From NCBI GenBank assembly GCA_040006935.1, contig JBDTVZ010000001.1, positions 359,772 through 423,771 of the forward strand: DNA of 64,000 nucleotides, in the 5' to 3' direction. This document shows positions 9,201-18,962 of this stretch, one piece after another. The position numbers and the translations under genes are program-made. Each line of letters starts with the position of its first letter. The first letter of the stretch is position 1. The notes below the pieces were generated by a model, which searched no databases, was not told where the DNA came from, and saw nothing but the letters and a program-made list of their open reading frames with translations. This DNA is from Candidatus Dojkabacteria bacterium. Lineage in GTDB: Bacteria > Patescibacteriota > Dojkabacteria > J137.

Positions 9201-11165
9201 ATGTCAGATAGTCCAGTTATTGATTCAAAAGCAGAGTTTCAAAAATTAGCAGAAGAAAGTAAAAAATCTTTCCAAAATCCATTAGCTGAATTTATTTACT
9301 ATCTTTCATATTCTAAATGGATTCCAGAAAAATCTAGAAGAGAAACATGGATCGAAACCATTGATCGATATATGGATTTCATGAATGAGAATATGGGTAC
9401 AAAGCTTACTGACATTGAATATTCGAAGGTAAGAGATTCACTTGTGAAAATGGAAACTGTTCCATCAATGAGATTGATGTGGAGTGCTGGACCTGCAGCT
9501 AGAAAATCTAATGTTACAGCTTACAATTGTTCCTATATTGCTATTGAAGAGTTAAAAGACTTTGGAGAAATAATGTATATCTCTATGTGTGGAACTGGAG
9601 TTGGATTTTCAGTTGAGAAGGCATCAATTGATAAACTTCCAACAGTTCAAATGCAAAATGGCGATATTTTACCTAAATATGTTGTTGAGGATAGTAAAGA
9701 AGGGTGGGCAAAAGCATTTGTACATGGATTAGACACTTGGTTTGCAGGAAAGAACGTAATTTTTGATTTTTCTGAATTAAGACCAAAGGGAGCACGATTA
9801 ATAACAATGGGAGGAAGGAGTTCTGGACCAGAACCATTAGCAGAGTTAATTAGTTTTACAAGAAAATTGGTTCTTAAAAACCAAGGTAAAAAATTAAGAC
9901 CTGTAGATGTTCACGATATTGCTTGTAAAATTGGAGAAATTGTAATTTCTGGAGGAGTTAGAAGAAGTGCAATGATTTCCCTATCTGACTTAGCAGATGA
10001 AGAGATGAGACATGCTAAAGATGGACAATTCTGGAAGGAAAACCCTCAAAGAATTATGTCTAATAATTCAGCTGTTTATAATGTAAAACCATCGGATGCA
10101 GAATTTTTGGATGAATGGACTAATTTGGTAAAAAGTGGATCTGGAGAGAGAGGAATTTTCAATAGAGCAGGATTAAGAGCTCAGCTTCCAGAAAGAAGAT
10201 GGAGAGTTTTTGAACCGTACTTTAAAAATTCTGGAACTAATCCTTGTGGAGAGATTGTTTTAAGATCAAAACAATTTTGTAATTTAACAAGTATTGTTGC
10301 AAGGGAAAACGACACTTTTGAAACATTAAAAGAAAAAGTAGAAATAGCTACTATATTAGGAACTTATCAGTCTACTTTAACTAACTTTGCTTTCTTATCC
10401 CCTGAGTGGAAGAAAAATTGTGATGAAGAAAGATTATTAGGAGTAAGTTTCACGGGTTTGTGGGACTGTCCAATACTTAGAGATGCAGAAGTATTAAGAA
10501 AACTAAGAGATTACTCAATTGAAGTTAATAAAAAGTATGCAGAACAGTTTGGTATAAATGCATCAACATGTATAACTTGTGTAAAACCATCTGGTAACAG
10601 TTCTCAATTAACTGACACTTCATCTGGATTACATACAAGACATGCTCCTTACTATATTAGAAGAGTAAGAATTGCTAATACAGATCCATTGTTCAAAATG
10701 ATGAAGACACAAGGGTTTCCATATAATCCTGAAGTAGGTCAGAAGGAAGAAACTGCAACAACATTTGTTCTCGAGTTCCCAATTAAGTCACCTGAAACAG
10801 CTGTATTTAAAAATAATATCAGTGCGATCGAACAATTAGAGATTTGGAAAATGTGTAAAGAGAACTTTACTGAGCATAACCCATCAGTTACAATTTCTGT
10901 AGGTTCTGGTGAATGGATTGGAGTAGCTGATTGGATTTATAAGAATTGGGAAATCACTGGAGGTCTTTCATTCCTTCCAAAGGAAGAAAATGACTTTGTT
11001 TATGAGCTCGCACCTTATGAAACAATAACAAAAGATAGATACGAGGAGTTAAAAGCTAAAATTCCAAATATTGATTTCTCTAAAATGATTAGTTATGAAT
11101 TAGAGGATTCAACTCAAGGAGCAAAAGAACTTGCTTGTATTGGGGATAAGTGTGAATTAGTTTAA
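9201..11165 (+). CDS. nrdJ: class II (adenosylcobalamin-dependent) ribonucleotide reductase
   Basis: Active-site motifs GTNPCGEI and FCNLTS; ~650 aa single chain adjacent to nrdR. Confidence 0.85.
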   Translation: MSDSPVIDSKAEFQKLAEESKKSFQNPLAEFIYYLSYSKWIPEKSRRETWIETIDRYMDFMNENMGTKLTDIEYSKVRDSLVKMETVPSMRLMWSAGPAARKSNVTAYNCSYIAIEELKDFGEIMYISMCGTGVGFSVEKASIDKLPTVQMQNGDILPKYVVEDSKEGWAKAFVHGLDTWFAGKNVIFDFSELRPKGARLITMGGRSSGPEPLAELISFTRKLVLKNQGKKLRPVDVHDIACKIGEIVISGGVRRSAMISLSDLADEEMRHAKDGQFWKENPQRIMSNNSAVYNVKPSDAEFLDEWTNLVKSGSGERGIFNRAGLRAQLPERRWRVFEPYFKNSGTNPCGEIVLRSKQFCNLTSIVARENDTFETLKEKVEIATILGTYQSTLTNFAFLSPEWKKNCDEERLLGVSFTGLWDCPILRDAEVLRKLRDYSIEVNKKYAEQFGINASTCITCVKPSGNSSQLTDTSSGLHTRHAPYYIRRVRIANTDPLFKMMKTQGFPYNPEVGQKEETATTFVLEFPIKSPETAVFKNNISAIEQLEIWKMCKENFTEHNPSVTISVGSGEWIGVADWIYKNWEITGGLSFLPKEENDFVYELAPYETITKDRYEELKAKIPNIDFSKMISYELEDSTQGAKELACIGDKCELV

Positions 11166-11177
11166 TAAGAGTTTAAG

Positions 11178-11203
11178 GACCCTTGAAATACAGGGTCTTT
11201 TTA
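11178..11203 (+). terminator. rho-independent terminator after nrdJ
   Basis: GACCCT-TGAAATAC-AGGGTC hairpin followed by a T-run. Confidence 0.7.
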
Positions 11204-11230
11204 CATATATTAGAATAGATAATTATTTTC

Positions 11231-11443
11231 ATGATTAGTATGAACAATTTAGTCGAGGATATAGACAATTCTGATTTTGTAGATCCAGTAGTAGTAAGTA
11301 GATTAACAGAAGAAATGAAGAATTTGGCAAGTAATGGAACTAAATTTCAGGAAATTCAAGAAATCGCTGATAATAATCAGTTATCTGTAGATAAAGTTAA
11401 TGACATTTATTCTAAAATCGTTAATTTACCTTTAATAGATTGA
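11231..11443 (+). CDS. hypothetical small protein
   Basis: ORF only; overlaps the next ORF by 4 nt (ATGA). Confidence 0.35.
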   Translation: MISMNNLVEDIDNSDFVDPVVVSRLTEEMKNLASNGTKFQEIQEIADNNQLSVDKVNDIYSKIVNLPLID

Positions 11444-11721
11444 GAATGGCACACTTAGGACCAGATGAAATAGGTAATAGATTAAAAGATGCAGAAAAAT
11501 TAGTTGATAAAACTTCAAAGTATTTCCATTATAAAACTCCAGATAAATATTACTCTATTGAAGGATTTTGTATTATAGAAGCAACAGAAGAAGTAGGAGT
11601 TTTGTATCGTGGTTTGTATAAAGATTTCGAAAATATTGTTTGGCTCAGACCATTGTCAGTATTTTTAGAGGAGGTAGATGTAGATAGTAAGAAGGTAAAA
11701 CGATTCCAGAAAGTAGTATGA
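11440..11721 (+). CDS. hypothetical small protein; its last 11 codons lie inside a 34-bp direct repeat
   Basis: ORF only. Confidence 0.4.
   Translation: MRMAHLGPDEIGNRLKDAEKLVDKTSKYFHYKTPDKYYSIEGFCIIEATEEVGVLYRGLYKDFENIVWLRPLSVFLEEVDVDSKKVKRFQKVV
11683..11716 (+). repeat. 34-bp direct repeat copy 1 (GATAGTAAGAAGGTAAAACGATTCCAGAAAGTAG)
   Basis: Second copy at 13042-13075 with one mismatch; the two copies bracket the 11748-13037 gene. Confidence 0.85.
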
Positions 11722-11747
11722 TTTAAAAACATTATTACAATAATTCT

Positions 11748-13037
11748 ATGGATAAACAAATGAGTAGAAGAGATTTTCTAATAAGAGCAATGCAGAATCT
11801 AGCTGGTGCTGCTGTAGCAGCGAGTGGGATTCCTACTCCAACACTTCCACAAATTCCCAATCCAAATTTAATTCCAGTAGTTAATCAAACTAGTGATGAT
11901 GAACCTACAGAAATGACAATTGAGAATATCTCTCCAGGCATCGGAGGAATGATTACATTCGAAATATCTGGCTATCTACCAGATACAATCCCAATAGAGC
12001 AGACCACCTTAAGCAATCCCATACATTCACTTTTGGGTGACTGGCAAAATAAGATGCCTGCAATTATGTCAGGACTAGTTAATTATCTGACAGAAAATCA
12101 AAGACTTGACATTAATACTCCTACAGTAATCGCAGCTGCAGAGATATTTCCATTAAATATAGATGAGAATCCTGGGGTCACATATGGGAACCCTACTGCT
12201 TTCAACGGAAGACGCCAAGGTCTTAATATGATAGGAGGAATTCAAAACTACCAACCTGCACAGCATTGGATACGACCTGAAACTACAGATCCTTTAATGA
12301 CTCGACAAGATTGGATTAATTATCTAGTTACGCATGAGATAGGTCATTTTAACCATGTATATTTTCCTAGTAGAATTTATCTGACTGACGACAGCATCAT
12401 CAGATGCTCTGGAGATAATATGCATCCAGCAGGGAATCCATACCCTATGAGAGATGGAAGTACTACTGATATATATCCTGAGCATGGTTTATTAGGAGGG
12501 CATTGGGAAGATGGCGATAATTTCGGTAATGTAAGATTAGATGATTTATATCTTTTCATAATGGGAATTACTACGGCAGAAGAATTTAATGCTACGAATC
12601 CATATTTTATTAGCTCAGAAACCGGAGAAGAACTGCCTTTTACAGCTGAGGATATTATAAATACTTTAGATAGAAGAGGTGCTTTCGATATTTTTGGGGA
12701 GGATCGATCTTATAATGAAAATTTAGCTATGATGGGATTTGGTGTAGATCATTTTACTCCAGGATGGTTTCTAGATACTTATGGTATAAATGACCCTGAG
12801 ACCGGATCAAGATATTTACCTATCAATGTAATTCCTATAATTTTTAAAGGAGAACAGTCTGCAAACTTATATTTTGACGGAGATAAATTAAGAGATTATG
12901 CCTCACCATGCATGCAAGCTGTTCATCATATGCAGGCTTTATGGGCACATGGAACAAGAAATAAGGTTAGGATGAATATAATAACTATGGAAAATTCACA
13001 AGATTCAGCTAATTTAGTCAATGCCCTCAGACCTTAG
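11748..13037 (+). CDS. secreted protein with twin-arginine (Tat) signal and HExxH zinc-peptidase-like motif
   Basis: N-terminal SRRDFLIRAMQNLAGAAVAASG; HEIGHFNH motif at about aa 197. Confidence 0.55.
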   Translation: MDKQMSRRDFLIRAMQNLAGAAVAASGIPTPTLPQIPNPNLIPVVNQTSDDEPTEMTIENISPGIGGMITFEISGYLPDTIPIEQTTLSNPIHSLLGDWQNKMPAIMSGLVNYLTENQRLDINTPTVIAAAEIFPLNIDENPGVTYGNPTAFNGRRQGLNMIGGIQNYQPAQHWIRPETTDPLMTRQDWINYLVTHEIGHFNHVYFPSRIYLTDDSIIRCSGDNMHPAGNPYPMRDGSTTDIYPEHGLLGGHWEDGDNFGNVRLDDLYLFIMGITTAEEFNATNPYFISSETGEELPFTAEDIINTLDRRGAFDIFGEDRSYNENLAMMGFGVDHFTPGWFLDTYGINDPETGSRYLPINVIPIIFKGEQSANLYFDGDKLRDYASPCMQAVHHMQALWAHGTRNKVRMNIITMENSQDSANLVNALRP

Positions 13038-13041
13038 AACC

Positions 13042-13075
13042 GATAGTAAGAAGGTAAAACGATTTCAGAAAGTAG
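13042..13075 (+). repeat. 34-bp direct repeat copy 2
   Basis: Matches 11683-11716. Confidence 0.85.
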
Positions 13076-13090
13076 AGCTATAATTTCCCC

Positions 13091-14911
13091 ATGAATAAAT
13101 TTCCCGACCAAATACAATTTGGAATTGCTACTTCGTCTTCACAACATGGAACTCCAACCGAAGCCGATTTTGTCTTTGTAGAAAAATTAAGACAAATCAT
13201 TGATAATTATTCTGCCGAAGAAGCTTTGCAGATGATACTCAATGATTCTCTTTCTGGGGAGCAATCGCAAACTTCTCTGAAAGAAATCGGTTTAAATATA
13301 AATGCTATCAGAAACATTATTGCCAAATACGTCGAAGAAGGTCATTTAGAAGAAGCAATAGATATTGTCAGGAGTATTGCTGATTTGTTAGTTTTTGGAA
13401 TTGATAAGGAAATTGTATTTTATAAATATGTAGAACTTCTCAAATTATTTAATTTTAGTATTTTAAGATTTAGCTTAGACTGGAACAAAATTGTTGATGA
13501 AGATAATGAACCTAATTCCAAAGAAATATATAAATATGCAAAAAAAGTTAGTCTTCTTATAGAAAATGGTATTGAACCCATAATTACATTTTCTCATTTC
13601 GAAACTAATGGTTTAGATATTCATTCTCCGGAGTTTGAGAAATTATTTAAAAAAGTATCATTGGAAGTATTACAAAACCTTATTCCTCTTGGAGTTGAGT
13701 ATTGGATCGCATTTAATGAACCTGCTGTTCATTCTGGCGGAATTAATCTGGGTTTTTGGGGAAAAGGTACGCCAAATATTGCTGGATTAAAAAAACATTT
13801 CAAAACTGTAAAACGTTTAGGTGAATTATCAAAATTTTTCTATAAAACAGCGCATGATGTGGGAAGGGAAAGTGGAGTAAATGTAAAAGTTATTGCTAAT
13901 TTTAATGTTTCTTTTTTTGATACAGGAAAACATCCTACACCTTTAGATAAATTATCTGCTTGGATTGGAGATAAAGTAGATAAAGATACTCAATTAAATG
14001 CTTACAGATTTGAAGATGGTAAATATGCTTTCGATATAATCGCATTAAATCCTTATCAAATTTATAATTTTGCACTTACAAATAGATTTTTTAGAAAGCT
14101 AATTCCAAGATTATTAAAAGATTTAACTAATGGGGCTTATTTATACGGAGAGGGAGAATATTTAAATGAAGAATTGGATTTTAATAACCTTATACCAAAC
14201 ACATCTAATCCAGATTTTGAAGATTTTAATGAAACTAGAGTGGGTAGCCATGGAGAAATCTTACATCCTAAGTCAATAAGCATAGCTATTAAATTAATGA
14301 TAGAAAGATACCACCTCACACATGTGGCCTTAACCGAAGTAGGTGCAGATATTTATAATAAAGATGAATTTTCAACAGAAGACAAAGTTTGGTATTTAAG
14401 AAAAGTTAAAGAAGAGTTGGAGAAATTAGTAGAAGATGGAATTTCTATTCCTTTTGTTTTGATTTGGACATTAATAAGGATGTGGGAGATATTAGGCCCA
14501 AATGGTGGAGGTATCGGAGTATGGGACTTTGGGATCCTAGGAGAGCCTTTGAGTAGAAAAGATATTCAAATTAACTTAATAAAACATTTGGAGATGGACG
14601 AAGTAAGTGCCGCAAAGCTTGCTGAGAATATCGAGAGAGAAGGCAATACCCCTATCAGAATTTACAGAGAAATGATTGAGAATCTAGGTGAAATATTTAT
14701 TTCATCAAAAATTAATTTAGAGAATGTAGTTGAAGCACTTATAACAAACAAAGGTGAAGAGAATGAACTCGTAATAAATATTCTACAATTAATTGAATTA
14801 AAAGAATACTATTTAAAACAGGAGGATTCATTCTCTGTAAGATGTATAGATGGGATTCTGACTTCTCAACTTGAAAAGTTCCAGAATAAATCAGTAGCAA
14901 TTGAACAGTAA
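13091..14911 (+). CDS. divergent glycoside hydrolase family 1-like protein
   Basis: GH1-like N-terminal FGIATSSSQHG, acid/base region YWIAFNEP and nucleophile-like LTEVG; long inserts, low certainty. Confidence 0.5.
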   Translation: MNKFPDQIQFGIATSSSQHGTPTEADFVFVEKLRQIIDNYSAEEALQMILNDSLSGEQSQTSLKEIGLNINAIRNIIAKYVEEGHLEEAIDIVRSIADLLVFGIDKEIVFYKYVELLKLFNFSILRFSLDWNKIVDEDNEPNSKEIYKYAKKVSLLIENGIEPIITFSHFETNGLDIHSPEFEKLFKKVSLEVLQNLIPLGVEYWIAFNEPAVHSGGINLGFWGKGTPNIAGLKKHFKTVKRLGELSKFFYKTAHDVGRESGVNVKVIANFNVSFFDTGKHPTPLDKLSAWIGDKVDKDTQLNAYRFEDGKYAFDIIALNPYQIYNFALTNRFFRKLIPRLLKDLTNGAYLYGEGEYLNEELDFNNLIPNTSNPDFEDFNETRVGSHGEILHPKSISIAIKLMIERYHLTHVALTEVGADIYNKDEFSTEDKVWYLRKVKEELEKLVEDGISIPFVLIWTLIRMWEILGPNGGGIGVWDFGILGEPLSRKDIQINLIKHLEMDEVSAAKLAENIEREGNTPIRIYREMIENLGEIFISSKINLENVVEALITNKGEENELVINILQLIELKEYYLKQEDSFSVRCIDGILTSQLEKFQNKSVAIEQ

Positions 14912-16051
14912 TTAAATCAAATACGCCCAAACTCCAACAATAGCACAAACCAAACTAAATAATGCAAATCGCATTACAACTTTCTCTTCACTCCAACCAT
15001 ATTTAATTTGAAAATGGTAATGAATCGGAGCCATTGCAAAAATTCGTTTACCAAATATTCTTCGTCCAATTCCCTGAACAACGCCAGATAGTAGAGTGAT
15101 TACAAATGGTAATGAAATAATTAATAAAAGTAATGGTTCCCGAAGTATAAATGCTGTTGTGGCTAGCAAAGTTCCCATCGCTAAAGATCCAACATCCCCC
15201 ATTTGGAATCTTGCAGGTGGGGTGTTGAAGTACAGATAAGTAATTAATGAGCCGATGACTGTTGCAATTAGAAATACCATTCTTAAATCTTGTCTAAAAA
15301 TTGCTACAATTATAAATCCAACAAAGGAAGCTAATAATTCTGAAGCAGCTAAGCCGTCCATTCCATCAGATAAGTTAACAGCATTCGTCATAAGAACTAC
15401 AGCAACCCAAGCAAAAGGAATAATTAAAATTCCTAGATTTATAAATGTGTTAAATAAAGGAATATGTAATTGGCCTAACATTCCTCCACTAGTATAAAAA
15501 TAAAGTCCAAATCCTAAAGCAAGCCCTGCGATGGATTGAATAATAATTTTTTCGTGTGCTTGAATTCCTTTCCCGGGATTAGATCCCAACATATAGAAAA
15601 AACTTTTGTATGCTTCCCACGGAAGTGTAACAATCATCACTAACCTTCTTCCAAAGCTTTTGTGAACTTTAATTAATGTAAGGATTCTTCCTATTGTTTT
15701 TGGTTTAGCTCTATCACGTCCGAAAATATTTAAAATATCATCAAAACCACCAAGAAAAGCTGATAGTAAGAATATTGCGAGAGTTAGATATAGCCCATTG
15801 TTTCTAGCAGGATTGAAGAATAAATTTATAACAGTTATAGAAATTACAAGAATTAAACCACCCATAATTGGAACACCTATTTTTAAATTTCGTTTTTCTA
15901 TAAGAGTGGTGAAATCCACAGTCATTCTGCGAGTAATTTTAAATTTGTATAGAATTGAAATAATCGGGAAAGCTATTAGGAAGCTAAATCCCATAGATAA
16001 AATTATTACAGTAAGAATATCTGCTAAGTTAATTCCTGCGATTGAAAACAT
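14912..16051 (-). CDS. mraY: phospho-N-acetylmuramoyl-pentapeptide transferase (GT4 MraY/WecA family)
   Basis: Motifs VPIMGG, NAVNLSDGMDGLA and MGDVGSLAMG in a 10-TM protein. Confidence 0.8.
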   Translation of the reverse strand: MFSIAGINLADILTVIILSMGFSFLIAFPIISILYKFKITRRMTVDFTTLIEKRNLKIGVPIMGGLILVISITVINLFFNPARNNGLYLTLAIFLLSAFLGGFDDILNIFGRDRAKPKTIGRILTLIKVHKSFGRRLVMIVTLPWEAYKSFFYMLGSNPGKGIQAHEKIIIQSIAGLALGFGLYFYTSGGMLGQLHIPLFNTFINLGILIIPFAWVAVVLMTNAVNLSDGMDGLAASELLASFVGFIIVAIFRQDLRMVFLIATVIGSLITYLYFNTPPARFQMGDVGSLAMGTLLATTAFILREPLLLLIISLPFVITLLSGVVQGIGRRIFGKRIFAMAPIHYHFQIKYGWSEEKVVMRFALFSLVCAIVGVWAYLI

Positions 16052-16075
16052 TTAAAAAAATTAAGAATTATAAAT

Positions 16076-16128
16076 TATAAACCTGCCTACCATGCATTCG
16101 ACAGATAAACCGGCAGGCAGGTTAGAGA
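16076..16128. repeat. family C palindromic element (CCTGCC...GGCAGGCAGG), inverted relative to the 18100-18150 copy
   Basis: Reverse complement matches 18105-18148; a mini-copy occurs at 8636-8662. Confidence 0.6.
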
Positions 16129-16192
16129 AAATCTCAGAATTTAACCAATTATACTAATTTTTTAGAGAGATCTGTATATTTGGTGTCATGGA

Positions 16193-16333
16193 ATGAGATT
16201 CTGTAGGGGACGCATTTATGCGTCCCTCATAAAGTGCCAGGTCAAAGAGTAATCCCCGCCTGCTCCCGACTAGCAGGAGGGAGGGCGGGCACTTCATGCA
16301 GTATTAAACTGCCAGGAGAGTAGATGAGGTGGG
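16193..16333 (+). repeat. composite repeat family A copy with GTAGGGGACGCATTTATGCGTCCCTC palindrome and a 35-nt GC-rich insert
   Basis: Aligns to 6172-6275. Confidence 0.75.
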
Positions 16334-16391
16334 CTAAAGTCAACATAAATCGAAATAAGGCCGCACAAAGTCAATAGTGTATTTTTGGTGC

Positions 16392-16430
16392 GGTATGACC
16401 TCACCCTAACCCTCTCCTTAAAAGGAGAGG
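16392..16430. repeat. 39-bp element containing perfect hairpin CCTCTCC-TTAAAA-GGAGAGG
   Basis: An exact inverted copy lies at 35892-35929. Confidence 0.7.
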
Positions 16431-16481
16431 AAAAATATAAGCACTAAATGACAACTATCAATTTCTTGATATAATCAATTC

Positions 16482-18017
16482 ATGAGTTTTTTAACTACAA
16501 AAGCACCACAATTTCAAGAAAAAGTAAAAAATGCGCCTAAAATCCCCGGTTGCTACATCTATAAAGATAAAGATGGAGGAGTTCTTTATGTTGGAAAAGC
16601 TAAAAATTTAAAAAATAGAGTAAATAGTTATTTTAATAATTATTCAAAGCTTGAAATCCGAATCCAACAAATGTTAGATCAAGCTGAAGATATAGAACTA
16701 TACACTGTAGATAGTGAAGTAGAATCTATAATTCTTGAAACTAATCTTATTAAAAAGTATAAGACGAAGTACAACATTTTAATGCGTGATGATAAAACTT
16801 ATAGTTGGGTAATGTTTGAAAAACAAATCAAAGGTGTGAATGATTATCCTAGAATTAGGATTTTAAGAAATAAGGATAAAACAGATGAAGTAGCAGAATA
16901 TTTTGGCCCATATCCCGCACAAATGCCTTTGAAAAATATTTTAAAAAAAGTCCGAAAAGTATTTCCATATGCGAGTTGCAACAGAAGGTTAATTCAAATT
17001 ACAGAAGATCCAGTTCAAGTTGATACAAACAATCGAATTCCATGTTTGTATTATCATATTGGACTTTGTAAAGCTCCTTGCGCAAGTTTACAAAATAAAA
17101 AAGATTACATGCGTGACTTTAATAATATAAAAAAATTCTTTCAAGGCGAAAAAATTGATATCTTAAAAGAATTGGAAAAGAATATGAGTTTATACTCACA
17201 TGATAAAGATTATGAAAATGCTGCAAAAGTTCGAGATAAAATAAATGACATTAAATATGTCACTGCAAACATGGGAATTAGTAATGAAATTGATGATATT
17301 ACAGTAGACAATTTAAAAAATATTCAAAGAGAAAATGGACAAAAAGATTTGATTGAGAAATTAAAATTCCCGGAAGATAAATTGAAAAATCATAAAGATT
17401 TTAGAATAGAGTGTTATGACATCAGTAATATTCAAGGGACAAATCCAGTGGGCGCAATGACTGTAATGATAAATGGAGAAGTACGACCAGATATGTATAG
17501 AAAGTTTAGAATTAATTCAAAAGAAACTCCCGATGATTTTGGAATGCTCCAGGAAATGATGGAGAGAAGATTGAAATACCTGCAGACGGATAATGGAAAA
17601 TGGATAACGGATAACAGAAAATCGAATTCTGAAAACTCAAAACTCAAAACTCAAAACTCAGAAAATGACGAGTCATTTTCTACTAAGCCTGATTTAATAA
17701 TCATCGACGGCGGTAAAGGACAATTAAATTCAGTTTATTTAATTTTAAAACAATATAATTTACACACAGAAATTCCGATTGTAGGTTTAGCAAAGCGAGA
17801 GGAAGAAATTTTTAAAATGACCTACCAGTTTAAAGACGAGGATCATGTAGGAGATGAAAAAAATTTAAGATTGCAAGGGATTTCAAAATTTACAAGAATA
17901 ATGTTGCCAAGAAAATCTGAAGCTTTGTATATTGTACAAAGAATTAGAGACGAAGCACATAGATTTGGAATTACCTATCATAGAAAGCTTAGAAGCAAGA
18001 AGATGACGCTAACATAG
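16482..18017 (+). CDS. uvrC: excinuclease ABC subunit C, lacking the C-terminal (HhH)2 domain
   Basis: GIY-YIG N-terminus (GCYIYKDKDGGVLYVGKAKNLKNR), UvrB-interaction region, C-terminal RDEAHRFGITYHR. Confidence 0.85.
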   Translation: MSFLTTKAPQFQEKVKNAPKIPGCYIYKDKDGGVLYVGKAKNLKNRVNSYFNNYSKLEIRIQQMLDQAEDIELYTVDSEVESIILETNLIKKYKTKYNILMRDDKTYSWVMFEKQIKGVNDYPRIRILRNKDKTDEVAEYFGPYPAQMPLKNILKKVRKVFPYASCNRRLIQITEDPVQVDTNNRIPCLYYHIGLCKAPCASLQNKKDYMRDFNNIKKFFQGEKIDILKELEKNMSLYSHDKDYENAAKVRDKINDIKYVTANMGISNEIDDITVDNLKNIQRENGQKDLIEKLKFPEDKLKNHKDFRIECYDISNIQGTNPVGAMTVMINGEVRPDMYRKFRINSKETPDDFGMLQEMMERRLKYLQTDNGKWITDNRKSNSENSKLKTQNSENDESFSTKPDLIIIDGGKGQLNSVYLILKQYNLHTEIPIVGLAKREEEIFKMTYQFKDEDHVGDEKNLRLQGISKFTRIMLPRKSEALYIVQRIRDEAHRFGITYHRKLRSKKMTLT

Positions 18018-18099
18018 GTGTCATTGCGAGGAGTCCGGAAGGACGACGTGGCAATCCCGTTGGGAAACCAGGTCATAGCTCGACTGAGTTTATCCTACC

Positions 18100-18150
18100 T
18101 GCCTGCGATCCTCTCCTGCCGGTTTATCTGCCGAAGGCATGGCAGGCAAG
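18100..18150. repeat. family C element preceded by a GTGTCATTGCGAGGA-type head (18011-18050)
   Basis: Matches the inverted copy at 16076-16128; the head is similar to 45894-45935. Confidence 0.55.
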
Positions 18151-18153
18151 TTT

Positions 18154-18774
18154 TTAATTTCTTCTAGTAGTAGTAACTGTTTTCGTAACTTTCCCCGCAC
18201 CATCTAAGATACTTGCTAAAAATCTTTCACTGAAAATATCCAGAAGTACAACTATTATTAAGGCAATAATTGCTGAGATATTTAACATTCCATTTAACAC
18301 TGGTATCCCTTGAATAATTCCTTGTGTCCAATCTGTTAAAGCAAAAATACTTAATATGAAAGAAGGCGCGTTTATTCGGTTATATAAATTAAATAAATCT
18401 AAAATTATTCTTATGAATAGTAAAAGTTCAATTACTTTAAAAATCCCATCAACAAAATTTTGAATTATATCTGTAATATTGTCATACAAAAATGCAGTTA
18501 TAATTTCGGAAATTGCAATTGCTAAAAGTACATATATTGCAATCGCAATCAACGCATCTACATTTATATTCGGCAAAGCAACGCCCGAAGGTACACTTAC
18601 AGCATTTGCAAAAGGATAGATGAAAAAATTACTTACACTATAAATTGCATCAATGAGAATATTTCCAGTCGATGCACCAACCATTTGAACTAATATTCTA
18701 ATTACTAGTATTGCTGCAATTAAACCTGCAACACCTAATATTAAAGCACGTACTCGATATCTAAGATCAGCCAT
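18154..18774 (-). CDS. YggT-family-like membrane protein (internal duplication)
   Basis: Two hydrophobic repeats resembling YggT/Ycf19 modules; low certainty. Confidence 0.45.
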   Translation of the reverse strand: MADLRYRVRALILGVAGLIAAILVIRILVQMVGASTGNILIDAIYSVSNFFIYPFANAVSVPSGVALPNINVDALIAIAIYVLLAIAISEIITAFLYDNITDIIQNFVDGIFKVIELLLFIRIILDLFNLYNRINAPSFILSIFALTDWTQGIIQGIPVLNGMLNISAIIALIIVVLLDIFSERFLASILDGAGKVTKTVTTTRRN

Positions 18775-18962
18775 GGTAGTTAATAGTTAAAAGTTAATAG
18801 TGAATGAATCTTCTCAATAAATATATCATAAATCAAAGCCTGGTAGTCACATTCTGTTATATTTTAGTAGAATAGTAAAAGATTTTAAATAGAAAAGTAT
18901 TATTCACTTTTTAACTATTCACTATTAACTATAAATTATATATACTGAATAGAATAAGATAA

